A stretch of DNA of 64,000 bases from Myxococcota bacterium. GTDB taxonomy: Bacteria; Myxococcota_A; UBA9160; UBA4427. Below the pieces are notes generated by a model, which saw only the letters and a list, made by a program, of their open reading frames with translations, was not told the origin of the DNA and made no database searches. Made by a program: the position numbers and the translations under genes. Each line of letters opens with the position of its first letter. Within the stretch, counting starts at the first letter, position 1. The stretch lies in contig OZ252299.1 of assembly GCA_965250285.1 (NCBI GenBank), forward strand, positions 6,048,001 through 6,112,000. The letters run 5' to 3'. This document shows, piece by piece, positions 45,860-55,268 of the stretch.

Positions 45860-47008
45860 ATGAGAGACCGCGCTCGACTCGAAGCCATGATGCGGCTGGC
45901 CCTCGCGAGCGCGCGCCGCGGCCTCGGGCGCACTCACCCCAACCCGAGCGTCGGCGCGGTCGTGTTTCGCGGCGATCGGGTGCTCGGCCGCGGCTACACG
46001 CGGCCCCCGGGCGGCCCCCACGCCGAGGTCGTCGCGCTGCGCGCAGCGACGCGTCGGCACGGAGCGGCTGCGGTCCGGGGCGCGTCGATCGCCGTCACCC
46101 TCGAACCGTGCTGCTTCACCGGTCGGACGCCGCCGTGCACCGATGCGATCCTCGACGCGGGCATCGCCCGCGTCGCCATCGGCCTGCGCGATCCCCATCC
46201 GCGGGTGCGCGGGCGCGGCAGCCGCGCGCTCGAGGCGGCTGGCGTGCGCGTCGAGCGAGGCGTGCTCGAGGACGAGTGCCGCGAGCTGCACCGCGGCTTC
46301 GTCTCGCTCTGCGAACGGGGGCGCCCCTTCGTGACGCTCAAGCTCGCGACCAGCCTCGACGGTCGCATCGCGACTGCATCGGGTGAGTCGCGCTGGATCA
46401 CTGGACCCGAGGCGCGACGCTTCGTACACGGCCTGCGCGCCCGGGTCGATGCGGTGATGGTCGGATCGGGAACGGCGCTCGCCGACGATCCCGACCTCTC
46501 GGTGCGGCGCGGAGAGCGTGTGCTGCACCGACCCGATCGCGTGCTCGTCGACTCACGCCTGCGGGTACCCGCGTCGGCGCGTCTGCACACCCCGCACCCG
46601 GGCACCCGGACGCTCGTGTTGACCGCCGCGCGCGCGCGCGGGCGCCGCGCGCTCACGGCCTCGGGCTCGGAGCTGCTCGACGTGCCCGGGCGGGCCGGTG
46701 CCCTCGATCTTGCGCGCGGCCTGGCGCGGCTCGGAGACAACGGCCTCACGACGCTGCTCGTCGAGGGCGGCGGCGGCCTCGCGGCGGCGCTGCTGCGCGC
46801 TCGCCTCGTCGATGAGCTGCACTGGATCCTCGCGCCCAAGCTGCTCGGCGGCGATGGCCGGGCCGCGCTGGGGGCGCTCGAGCTGCGCAGGCTCGCCGAC
46901 GCGCCCGAGCTCGAGGTGATTCGGACAAGGCGCCTCGGACGTGATACACACGTGCACGCGCGCCCCCGAACGGCGGCCCCTCCGCGGGGTCGGCGCCCCT
47001 CGAAGTAG
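45860..47008 (+). CDS. ribD: Riboflavin biosynthesis deaminase/reductase
   Basis: PNPSVGAV, HAE, TLEPC...TPPC, KLATSLDG, WITG, LVEGGG; start uncertain (45860). Confidence 0.93.
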   Translation: MRDRARLEAMMRLALASARRGLGRTHPNPSVGAVVFRGDRVLGRGYTRPPGGPHAEVVALRAATRRHGAAAVRGASIAVTLEPCCFTGRTPPCTDAILDAGIARVAIGLRDPHPRVRGRGSRALEAAGVRVERGVLEDECRELHRGFVSLCERGRPFVTLKLATSLDGRIATASGESRWITGPEARRFVHGLRARVDAVMVGSGTALADDPDLSVRRGERVLHRPDRVLVDSRLRVPASARLHTPHPGTRTLVLTAARARGRRALTASGSELLDVPGRAGALDLARGLARLGDNGLTTLLVEGGGGLAAALLRARLVDELHWILAPKLLGGDGRAALGALELRRLADAPELEVIRTRRLGRDTHVHARPRTAAPPRGRRPSK

Positions 47009-47143
47009 GGCGATCGCCGGTTTCTCGAGGCGCCACTGGGGCCGCCCGAAGCTCGATCTCCCGAGGTCCACCGTGATCGTTCGTCCCACCCGACCCGGCG
47101 CCGCGTGCGCATCGTCATCCCTCGCTCATTGCGGGAGCCGCTC

Positions 47144-47653
47144 GTGAACGTCTACCCCTCCGACCTCGACGCCACCGGCCTGCGCTTCGGGGTGGTCGTC
47201 TCGCGCTTCAATCATCCGATCAGCGCGGCGCTGCTGGAGGGCTGCGTCTCGACGCTGGTGAAGCGCGGCGCCGACGCCGAAACGATCGACGTCGCCTGGG
47301 TGCCCGGTGCGTTCGAGATTCCGCAGGCCAGCCGAGTGATGGCCGAGACCGGCCGCTACGACGCGCTCGTCACGCTCGGCTCGGTGATTCGCGGCGGTAC
47401 GCCGCACTTCGACTACGTGTGCATCGGCGTGACCGACGGCGTGCGCGAAGTGATGCGCGACACGGGCGTCCCGGTCGCCTTCGGCGTGCTGACCCTCGAT
47501 GACGTCGACCAGGCCATCGAGCGCACGGGCGGGGCCCACGGGCACAAGGGCGAGGACGTGGCGCTCGCCGCGATCGAGATGGCGCGGCTGTTGCCGGCGC
47601 TGTCGAAGAGCCCGAGCGATGTCGCCGCGAGCCTCGGGCGTGAGGCGCGCTGA
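47144..47653 (+). CDS. ribH: 6,7-dimethyl-8-ribityllumazine synthase
   Basis: VVSRFN, VPGAFEIP, VIRGGTPHFDYV, PVAFGVLT; GTG start with GGGAG SD. Confidence 0.96.
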   Translation: MNVYPSDLDATGLRFGVVVSRFNHPISAALLEGCVSTLVKRGADAETIDVAWVPGAFEIPQASRVMAETGRYDALVTLGSVIRGGTPHFDYVCIGVTDGVREVMRDTGVPVAFGVLTLDDVDQAIERTGGAHGHKGEDVALAAIEMARLLPALSKSPSDVAASLGREAR

Positions 47654-47656
47654 GCC

Positions 47657-48250
47657 ATGCCGCGCACCGAACCCAGCCCGACGCGCGACCCCGGCACTTC
47701 GAGGCGCCGGGCCCGCGAGCTCGCCTTGCAGGTGCTCTACGCCGTCGACCATTCGGAGGGCGCCCGCGCTCGCAAATCGACCGAGCCCGTCGAGGCCGAA
47801 TCGGTTCGCGAGGCGCAGGACGCCGAGGCCGGCCCCCGGCGCTTTGGCCTGCCCGAGCGTGAGCCCCGGCCATCGCGGCCGATGTGGACGCCGAGCGAGC
47901 CCGCGAACCCCGAGCAGACCTTCGAGGCCATCGCCGAGCACTTCGAGATGGCCGAAGGCGCGCGGGCCTTCGCCCGCGAGCTCGCGCTCGAGACCCATGC
48001 CCGCGAGACCCAGGTCGACGAGCTGATCGGGCTGCATGCGCGCAACTGGCGCGTCGACCGCATGGCCGTGGTCGACCGGAACATCCTGCGTCTGGCCGCC
48101 TACGAGCTGCGCTTCACCGACACACCCGCGCCCGTGGTGCTCGACGAGGCGGTCAGCCTCGCCCGTCGCTTCGGCGACGATCCATCGCCCGCGTTCGTGA
48201 ACGGGATCCTCGACGCCATCGCCCACAGCGTTCGTCCGCCCGCCGGCTGA
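47657..48250 (+). CDS. nusB: Transcription antitermination factor NusB with internal insertion
   Basis: RRRARELALQVLY, NWRVDRMAVVDRNILRLA, DEAVSLA, FVNGILD. Confidence 0.93.
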   Translation: MPRTEPSPTRDPGTSRRRARELALQVLYAVDHSEGARARKSTEPVEAESVREAQDAEAGPRRFGLPEREPRPSRPMWTPSEPANPEQTFEAIAEHFEMAEGARAFARELALETHARETQVDELIGLHARNWRVDRMAVVDRNILRLAAYELRFTDTPAPVVLDEAVSLARRFGDDPSPAFVNGILDAIAHSVRPPAG

Positions 48251-48316
48251 TCCCCCAAGCCCGCAACCTGGACATCGTGCCGATTCGGTGACGGAAGTCC
48301 TCGACGGGCCGGTGGG

Positions 48317-48964
48317 GTGCGTGTCAACATCGCCGACGTGCGTCTGCCGCTCGTCATCGACATCGAAGCCCGCCCATTCGAACGCCTCGTCGCCGACGTC
48401 GCGGTCGCAGGCGTGTGCTCTGACGACCGACCGCTTCGCGGCGGTGCGGCGCGTGCCGATTGGCGACTCTGCGGCGTGATTTCGCGTCTGCTGATCGACG
48501 AACGCGTCACGGGCGCGCCCGGCGAAGCGATGCTGATGCCCTGCGACGGGCGTCTGCGGGCGCCCCGGCTGTTGATCGTCGGTCTCGGCCCGCGTGCGTC
48601 GCGCAAGGCGGACGAGGTCAAGGGGGTAGCGCGCGATGCCCTCGACCGCGTGATCGGTCTCGGTCTCGAGACCGTCGCCGTGGGCCCGCTCGGCTTCGCC
48701 GGCGACGACTGGCCGCGTCACGCTCACGCGATCGTCGAAGCGGCGATCGAGGCGGTCGACGCATCGGGCGGCTCGCTCGATCTGCGGCTCGCCGTGTCGA
48801 GCGCCTCTGAGGCGCGGGTGCGCGCCAGCGTGACCGCGGTCGTCGACGCCCTCGGTCGCGGCGACGTCCGCGTCGCGCGCCGAGACGAGCGCGGGGTGGA
48901 CGATGCGCCGCCGCGTGCGCGCCGCGCCCCGCAGGGGCAGCCGGGACTGCACCGCGCGCCCTAG
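48317..48964 (+). CDS. Stand-alone M17 aminopeptidase N-terminal-like domain protein
   Basis: DDRPLRGGAARADWRLCG...GAPGEAMLMP...RLLIVGLG; no catalytic M17 domain. Confidence 0.7.
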   Translation: MRVNIADVRLPLVIDIEARPFERLVADVAVAGVCSDDRPLRGGAARADWRLCGVISRLLIDERVTGAPGEAMLMPCDGRLRAPRLLIVGLGPRASRKADEVKGVARDALDRVIGLGLETVAVGPLGFAGDDWPRHAHAIVEAAIEAVDASGGSLDLRLAVSSASEARVRASVTAVVDALGRGDVRVARRDERGVDDAPPRARRAPQGQPGLHRAP

Positions 48965-49050
48965 GCCCGCAATTCGCGGCCTCGGCGGCCACGAAACCCC
49001 CAGATCGCGCCTCCGATCTCCCGCCCAAAGCGCCTTTCGGCGCTCGGTCT

Positions 49051-49077
49051 TCAAGTCGACCTGCCTACGGCCGATGC
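49051..49077 (+). promoter_or_regulatory. sigma28/FliA-like promoter upstream of DUF4388 gene
   Basis: TCAAG-N14-GCCGATGC. Confidence 0.65.
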
Positions 49078-49143
49078 GTTGATTCAGGCACCGGCCGACG
49101 TCGGCGGGGTTTTCCTCGTCGTGCGCGCGCCACAGGGGGGGCC

Positions 49144-51324
49144 ATGAGCCTGGTCGGAAATCTCGAGGATCTGAGCCTCGGCGACATCCTCCAGATCATC
49201 AGCCTGTCGCAGAAGTCAGGCGTGCTCTTCCTCCAGACCGGAGGGGGAGCGGGACGCATCGTCTTCGTCAGCGGGCTCGTGCGCGGTGCCGCCGTCGAGG
49301 GCGGCGCCCATGATCTGAAGGGCGTGTTGCTGCAGGGCGGGTTCCTCGATGAGTCGGGCTGGGACGCGGCGACCGCGCATGCGGGCGCCGAGAACACGAG
49401 CCTCGCCGAGGCCATCGAAGCCACCAGCGACCTCACCACCGAACGGCTCGACTCGCTGTGTCGCGAAGCGGTCGAAGCGGCGGTGGTCACCATGTTCACC
49501 TGGCAGAAGGGTGACTTCAGCTTCGACGTGCGTTCCGAGCCCGCCGACGGCGATCCCGAGCTGCTGTTGCCGATGGGCATGAACGCCCAGTACCTGGCGA
49601 TGGAAGCCGCGCGCATGCGCGACGAGAGCCCTGATGAATCGACCGAGTCGGGGCCCATCGCAGCGCCCGCCGGCGACCTGCCCGAAGAGACGACCGGCTC
49701 GCCCGCCACCGATTCGAGTGCGTTCGATGCGATGAGCGCCGAGGAGATGTTCGGCGTCGTCGGGGACGCGGGGGACGGCGCCGGCGACGAAGGCGCGTTG
49801 CCGCCCGTCACCGGGGACGATCTGATCACGGCCGCCGACGCCCTCGCACGGGCAACCCTCGAACGGGTCGAGGCGGCCTTCGGAGACGAAGCACCCGATC
49901 TCGTCGGTGAACTCGCCGAGCCGGGTCCCGACGACACTCAGGATTTCGACGGGCCGATCGTGTCCGAATCGACCGAGCCGATGAACGAGCTCGCCGAGGC
50001 CGAGCTCATCGACTTCGCCGACGTGATCGAGCCCGAGCCGCTCGCCGAAGACAGCGTGCCGGTCGACCCCTTGGCAGCACAAGAAGGCGACGCGCCGGTC
50101 GACCCCTTCGCAGCGCACGAAGGCGACACGCCGGTCGACCCGTTCGCTGCGCACGAAGGCGACACGCCGGTCGACCCGTTCGCAGCGCACGAAGGCGACG
50201 CGCCGGTCGACCCCTTCGCAGCGCATGAAGACGACAAGCTCGTCGCCGCCGAGGTCGAGCCAACGCTCGATCCCGAACCGGTGGGCGCCAACGCAGCGGC
50301 CGAGCCGGCGCCCCCGAGCCAGCCCGTCGCGCCCGACTGGACCCAGCTTTCGCGCCGACCCGTGGTCGTGGTCGACGAATCGCTGCCGGCGCTCGAGTGG
50401 GTGAAGCAGCACCTGAAGGACCGCTTCGAGCAGGTGCACATCTTCCAGCGCAGCGACCAGGGTCTGTCTCGCATCCGGCAGTACCTGATTCGGGGCTCGG
50501 CCCCGATCCTGCTCGTCGCGCCCGACATTCGCGTCGATCACCTCTCGGGTCTGCGCGGTGCGCGCGACTTCGTCGATCGACTCAAGGCGCAGTCCCGCAA
50601 GCTCGACGCGGTCTGGCTCGTGAACGAAGACGCGAGCGCGGTCGATGCGGCCCAGCGACAGGGAGCGTCGCTCCGCCGCCCGAGCGACGACCGGATGCGC
50701 TGCGCGGTGGGCTCCGACGAACTCGATGCCGAGGGGCATGCGCTGGGCATGCGCCTCGGCGAGATCCTGACCGCCACGGCCAGCGAAGACGACGCGGGCG
50801 CGGTGCCGCGGGGCTCGAGCGCGACCCTCGCGCGCCTGCGCGACACGACGCGCCAGCTCGGGGACGCCTCGAGCGGGGGCGAGATCCTGCCGCTCGTGAT
50901 TCGCTTCGCCAGCGAAATCTTCTCGCGCGTCGCCATGTTCATGGTGCGCGACGACGTCGCGACGGGCCTGGGGCAGGTCGGGCTCGATCGCTGCGGTGGG
51001 CCCGACGACGATGCGTTCCGCCGGGTGCGCGTGCAGGTCTCGGTGACGGGCTGGATGCGCCAGGTCGTCGAGACGCGCAGCGCGGTGAGCGGGGCGCCGA
51101 GCGACGAGGGCGACCGCGATCTCGCGGGCGAGCTCGGCGATCGGGTGCCCGAGACCGGGTACTGCGCGCCGATCGAGAGCGCCGGCCAGGTCGTGGCGCT
51201 GCTCTACGCGGACAACCTCCCCAAGGCCAGCCCCATCGGGGACACGAGCGCGCTCGAAGTGGTGCTCCACCACGCCGGCCTCGCGCTGGACCGGGCTGCG
51301 CTGGAGCGCGCGCTCCAGGAGTAG
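49144..51324 (+). CDS. DUF4388 (PatA-N) protein with acidic linker, degenerate REC-like and GAF-like domains
   Basis: MSLVGNLEDLSLGDILQIISLSQKSGVL, FTWQKGDFSF; C-terminal APIESAGQVVALLYADN. Confidence 0.85.
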   Translation: MSLVGNLEDLSLGDILQIISLSQKSGVLFLQTGGGAGRIVFVSGLVRGAAVEGGAHDLKGVLLQGGFLDESGWDAATAHAGAENTSLAEAIEATSDLTTERLDSLCREAVEAAVVTMFTWQKGDFSFDVRSEPADGDPELLLPMGMNAQYLAMEAARMRDESPDESTESGPIAAPAGDLPEETTGSPATDSSAFDAMSAEEMFGVVGDAGDGAGDEGALPPVTGDDLITAADALARATLERVEAAFGDEAPDLVGELAEPGPDDTQDFDGPIVSESTEPMNELAEAELIDFADVIEPEPLAEDSVPVDPLAAQEGDAPVDPFAAHEGDTPVDPFAAHEGDTPVDPFAAHEGDAPVDPFAAHEDDKLVAAEVEPTLDPEPVGANAAAEPAPPSQPVAPDWTQLSRRPVVVVDESLPALEWVKQHLKDRFEQVHIFQRSDQGLSRIRQYLIRGSAPILLVAPDIRVDHLSGLRGARDFVDRLKAQSRKLDAVWLVNEDASAVDAAQRQGASLRRPSDDRMRCAVGSDELDAEGHALGMRLGEILTATASEDDAGAVPRGSSATLARLRDTTRQLGDASSGGEILPLVIRFASEIFSRVAMFMVRDDVATGLGQVGLDRCGGPDDDAFRRVRVQVSVTGWMRQVVETRSAVSGAPSDEGDRDLAGELGDRVPETGYCAPIESAGQVVALLYADNLPKASPIGDTSALEVVLHHAGLALDRAALERALQE
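50059..50238 (+). repeat. In-frame 36-bp tandem repeat x5 (PVDPFAAHEGD[A/T])
   Basis: Units begin CCGGTCGACCC at 50059, 50095, 50131, 50167, 50203; no spacers. Confidence 0.95.
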
Positions 51325-51464
51325 CCGCACGCGCGGCCGCCCCCGACGCCTCACTCCGACACGCCCCGAGAGAGGGGCTTTCACCTCGATCTCGCGCCTC
51401 GGCAACGCGGCTCCAGAGACCCGCGGATCGCTCGCGGGGGGCCGGCCGAAGTCCCCCCTGCGCC

Positions 51465-51491
51465 TCAAGAAACCCCGATCCGGGCCGATAC
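51465..51491 (+). promoter_or_regulatory. sigma28/FliA-like promoter upstream of cheY
   Basis: TCAAG-N14-GCCGATAC, the closest match to the FliA consensus in the window. Confidence 0.7.
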
Positions 51492-51531
51492 GACGGAAGG
51501 TCCCGTACGCCAACCTGACGGGGAGAGGGCC

Positions 51532-51918
51532 GTGCAGCGCATTCTGATCGTCGAAGACTCAGCGACCATGCGGTCGTTGCTCGTTTCGTGTCTCGAAGGG
51601 CTCGATGAGCCCGTGAAGATCACGGAAGCCTCGAGTGGGTTCGAGGCACTCCGTTATCTGCCGCGCGACGAGTTCGACCTCGTGGTGACCGACATCAACA
51701 TGCCGGACATCAATGGTCTCGAGCTCGTTTCGTTCGTGAAGCACAACGAGAAGTACCGAGGCATCCCGCTCGTGATCGTGTCGACCGAGGGATCGGATCG
51801 TGATCGCGACAAGGGTCTCGAGCTCGGTGCCGACGCGTATCTCGTCAAGCCTTTCGATCCCGAGCTGCTGCGACAGACCGTCCGCGATCTGCTCGCCGGC
51901 TCGAGCGACGCGGGGTAG
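51532..51918 (+). CDS. cheY: Single-domain response regulator CheY-like
   Basis: ILIVEDS, TDINMPDING, VSTE, YLVKPF. Confidence 0.9.
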   Translation: MQRILIVEDSATMRSLLVSCLEGLDEPVKITEASSGFEALRYLPRDEFDLVVTDINMPDINGLELVSFVKHNEKYRGIPLVIVSTEGSDRDRDKGLELGADAYLVKPFDPELLRQTVRDLLAGSSDAG

Positions 51919-51924
51919 ACGCCG

Positions 51925-54198
51925 GTGGCCGCGCGCAAGTCGAGGGCCAAGTCGCCGAAGGGCGCCGCCAAGAAGGGCGCGCGCGCCAAGGATGCTGCGC
52001 GTGCCAAGGATCCGGCGCGCGCCAAGGCATCTGCGCGCGCGAAGGCGCCGGAGCGCAAGCGCGCCGCGGCCGACGAGCCGCCGCCGAACAGCCGGGCGTA
52101 TCGCGAGTTCGTCAGTGAGGCAGAGGAGATCCTCGAGCGCATGCGCGAGGATCTCGCTGACCTGTACGACCAGCGCGCGACGCGCGACGAGATCGAGCCC
52201 GATCTCGTGAATCGCATCTTCCGCAGCGCCCATTCGCTGAAGGGCCTCGCGGGTATGTTCGGGCTCGACGGCATCGGTGAGCTCTCACACCACCTCGAAG
52301 ACATCCTCGATGGTCTGCGCCTCGGCCGCATCCGACCCGACGCGCCGGCGATCGATCTGCTCGATGAAGCGGCCGGGCTCATCGCCACGCTGATGGGGCA
52401 GCTCGAAGGGCCGAGCAAGGGCGAGACGGCCGAGAGTCTCGAAGCCGTGGCGGCCCTCGTCGGGCGCATCGACGGTGCGGTCGAAGCGAAGGACGAGAGC
52501 GACGACGAGCTGGCGGGGCTCGACCTCGACCCCGCGTTGCTGCGGGCGCTGACCGAATACGAAGAGCACCGACTGCGCGAGAACGTACGACGCGGTCGGC
52601 ACGTCACGATGGTCGACGCGACCTTCGAGATCATCGCGTTCGAAGAGGGCCTCTCCGAGCTTTCGGGTGCCGTGCGCGAGGTCGGTGAGGTCGTCTCGAC
52701 ACTGCCATCACCCGGCGACGCGCCCGAGAGCCAGATTCGATTCTCGCTGCTGGTTGCGACCGACATCGATGCCGGCCAGCTGAGGGAGCGGCTCGACCTC
52801 TCCGATGCCAACGTGCGCGCGGTCAAGCAGGGCGCTGCCTCGGAGGCGACGCCGGCGAGCGAGGCGCCCGCCGCTGCAGAGGCGCCCGCGGCCGAGAGCG
52901 CTCCGCCGTCGCCCGAGCAGCCCGCCCCCGCCCCCGGCGCCGCGTCTCCCCCGTCCGCGCGAATTCAGGGCGACCGCGAGAACGCCGAGATCGAGTCGCT
53001 GCGGTCGATCAGCGACACCGTCCGCGTGGACATCCGCAAGCTCGACGAGTTGATGAATCTGGTCGGTGAGCTCATCGTCCAACGCAATGCCATCGCCAAC
53101 GTGGCCGGCAACCTGGCCTCCGATCCGGCCACGGCGCGCACCGGCATGGAGCTCGCGAAGACGAACAAGTTGCTCGATCGCAAGCTCAAGGAGCTGCAAG
53201 CGGGCGTGCTCGACGTGCGCATGGTGCCGCTGCGGCAGATCTTCGAGAAGCTGTCCCGGGTCGTGCGTCGGCTTCGCCGTGACCACGAGAAGAACGTCAC
53301 GCTGAACTTCAAGGGCGCTGATACCGAGCTCGACAAGCTCATCGTCGAACAGCTCGTCGACCCGCTCATGCATGTCGTGCGCAACGCCTTCGACCACGCT
53401 GTCGAGACCGCCGACGAGCGCTTGGCCACGGGTAAGGACGCCGAGTGCGAGATCCTGATCCAGGCCTTCCAGCGCGGCAATCACGTCGTGATCGAAGTCG
53501 TCGACGACGGCCGGGGCATCGACCCCGAGCGCGTGCGGGCCAAAGCCGAAGAGCGCGACCTCGTGACGCCCGATCAGGTGCTCACCCAGAAGGAGACGCT
53601 CGACCTCGTCTTCGCCCCGGGGCTCTCGACCCGCGAAGAGGTGAGTGAGCTGTCGGGGCGCGGCGTCGGCATGGACGTCGTGCGCCAGAACCTGGCCGAT
53701 CTCGGTGGCATGGTCGAACTCGACTCGAGCCTCGGTGAAGGCACGACGGTGACGATGACGCTCCCGATCACCCTCGCGATCATCCAGGCGCTGATCGTCG
53801 GTGTCGGCGAAGAACGCTTCGCGATCCCGTTGAACAGCGTGCTCGAGACCCTGCTCGTCGAGGAATCGGAGATCCAGTCGAGCGAAGGGCGCCGCATGCT
53901 GAACCTGCGCGGCGACGCGCTGCTGCTGCGCACCCTGGCCGACGAGTTCGAGCTCGAGTCGGGTCGCGACGACGGCAAGCAGTTCGTCGTCGTGCTCGGC
54001 ATGGGCGATCAACGCCTCGGCCTCGTGGTCGAGCAGTTGCACGGTCAGCAGGACACGGTGATCAAGCCCATCAAGGGGCCGATTCGGAACATTCCCGGCA
54101 TCGCGGGCGCGACCGAGCTCGGCGACCAGGGCGCGATCCTGGTCCTCGACGTCTCGCATCTCGTCGCAGAAGCGGCGCGTCGCAGGGAGGTCGCATGA
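51925..54198 (+). CDS. cheA: Chemotaxis histidine kinase
   Basis: Hpt IFRSAHSLKG, VRVDIRKLDELMNLVGEL, HVVRNAFDH, DDGRGID, SGRGVGMDVV, LPITLAI, C-terminal CheW domain. Confidence 0.96.
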   Translation: MAARKSRAKSPKGAAKKGARAKDAARAKDPARAKASARAKAPERKRAAADEPPPNSRAYREFVSEAEEILERMREDLADLYDQRATRDEIEPDLVNRIFRSAHSLKGLAGMFGLDGIGELSHHLEDILDGLRLGRIRPDAPAIDLLDEAAGLIATLMGQLEGPSKGETAESLEAVAALVGRIDGAVEAKDESDDELAGLDLDPALLRALTEYEEHRLRENVRRGRHVTMVDATFEIIAFEEGLSELSGAVREVGEVVSTLPSPGDAPESQIRFSLLVATDIDAGQLRERLDLSDANVRAVKQGAASEATPASEAPAAAEAPAAESAPPSPEQPAPAPGAASPPSARIQGDRENAEIESLRSISDTVRVDIRKLDELMNLVGELIVQRNAIANVAGNLASDPATARTGMELAKTNKLLDRKLKELQAGVLDVRMVPLRQIFEKLSRVVRRLRRDHEKNVTLNFKGADTELDKLIVEQLVDPLMHVVRNAFDHAVETADERLATGKDAECEILIQAFQRGNHVVIEVVDDGRGIDPERVRAKAEERDLVTPDQVLTQKETLDLVFAPGLSTREEVSELSGRGVGMDVVRQNLADLGGMVELDSSLGEGTTVTMTLPITLAIIQALIVGVGEERFAIPLNSVLETLLVEESEIQSSEGRRMLNLRGDALLLRTLADEFELESGRDDGKQFVVVLGMGDQRLGLVVEQLHGQQDTVIKPIKGPIRNIPGIAGATELGDQGAILVLDVSHLVAEAARRREVA
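51979..52050 (+). repeat. In-frame 18-bp tandem repeat x4 in CheA N-terminal basic tail
   Basis: ARAKDA|ARAKDP|ARAKAS|ARAKAP. Confidence 0.8.
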
Positions 54199-54704
54199 GC
54201 GAATCGACGACCCTGACCGGTGACTGGGAGAGCCTGGCGCGCACCGCGGCGTCGCGACACGGCGCCGAAGAAGGCGGCATCGAGATGCTGCGCGAGCTGC
54301 TCTCGTTCGAGCTCGGCGGATCGCCCTACGCGATCCCGGTGGAGCGCGTCCGAGAGATCGTGCGTGTCCGAGAGATGACCCGGGTGCCCCGCGTGCCCGA
54401 ATGGGTCCGCGGCGTCGTCACGCTGCGGGGCGAGGTCGTCCAGGTGATCGACCTGCGAATGCGACTCGGCCTGCGGGCAGGCGAGACGAACAAGCGCAGC
54501 CGGATCATCGTGCTGCACGGCGACGACGAGCGCATCACCGGGGTCCTGGTCGATTCGGTGCGCGAGGTGCTGCGCGTCGCCGAGGAGTCTTTCTCGGCTT
54601 CGGCCGATGGCGAAGTGAGCGCGGTCGCCGAGCTCTGCTTGCGCGACGAAGAGTTCGTGTCGGTGATCGACGTCGACCGCGTGCTGGAACTCAGAGCCGA
54701 CTAG
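54195..54704 (+). CDS. cheW: CheW adaptor 1
   Basis: YAIPVERVREI, TRVP, GVVTLRGEVVQVIDLR, GVLVDSV. Confidence 0.93.
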   Translation: MSESTTLTGDWESLARTAASRHGAEEGGIEMLRELLSFELGGSPYAIPVERVREIVRVREMTRVPRVPEWVRGVVTLRGEVVQVIDLRMRLGLRAGETNKRSRIIVLHGDDERITGVLVDSVREVLRVAEESFSASADGEVSAVAELCLRDEEFVSVIDVDRVLELRAD

Positions 54705-54770
54705 ACGGCAAGAGGGAAGCGAGACGCCGCGGCGAGAGTCGCCGCGGTGAGGTGAGGGCGAAAGGGCATC

Positions 54771-55268
54771 GTGCAGACCGAGACCGCACAGACTTTCGTG
54801 GGTGAGAACCAGGTGAATCTCGCCTGCTTCGAGACCGAGGGGCGCCTCTACGCGCTCGACGTCTCGCAGGTGCGCGAGATCGTCCGCTCGCAGGAGATCA
54901 CGCCGCTCCCGATGGCTCCGAAGCTCATCGAGGGGGTGATCGATCTGCGCGGCGCGGTGATCCCGGTGCTCGATCTGGCGCGCGTCCTCGGCGGTCAGCG
55001 CCCCGAGGAGACGCCCCAGTCGCGCATCGTCGTGCTCGACTGCGACGGTCTGGTGCTCGGCCTCTTCGTCGCATCGGCGACCGACGTGCTGTCGGTCGAT
55101 GCCACGCGCCTCGAAGACGTCCCCGAGCTCGCAAGTCAGGCGGGCTACGACGCCGTTCGACACGTGGTGCGCCGGCCCGACGCGGCACCGGTGATGGTCC
55201 TCTCTCTCGAGCACATCCTCGAGAACGTCTACAAGTCGGCGATCGCAGGCCCCGAGGAATCGCGATGA
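54771..55268 (+). CDS. cheW: CheW adaptor 2
   Basis: YALDVSQVREI, GVIDLRGAVIPVLDL. Confidence 0.92.
   Translation: MQTETAQTFVGENQVNLACFETEGRLYALDVSQVREIVRSQEITPLPMAPKLIEGVIDLRGAVIPVLDLARVLGGQRPEETPQSRIVVLDCDGLVLGLFVASATDVLSVDATRLEDVPELASQAGYDAVRHVVRRPDAAPVMVLSLEHILENVYKSAIAGPEESR

Noticed and set aside
50059..50238. 36-bp periodic repeat as a CRISPR array
   Set aside because: No unique spacers, in frame within a CDS, no cas genes
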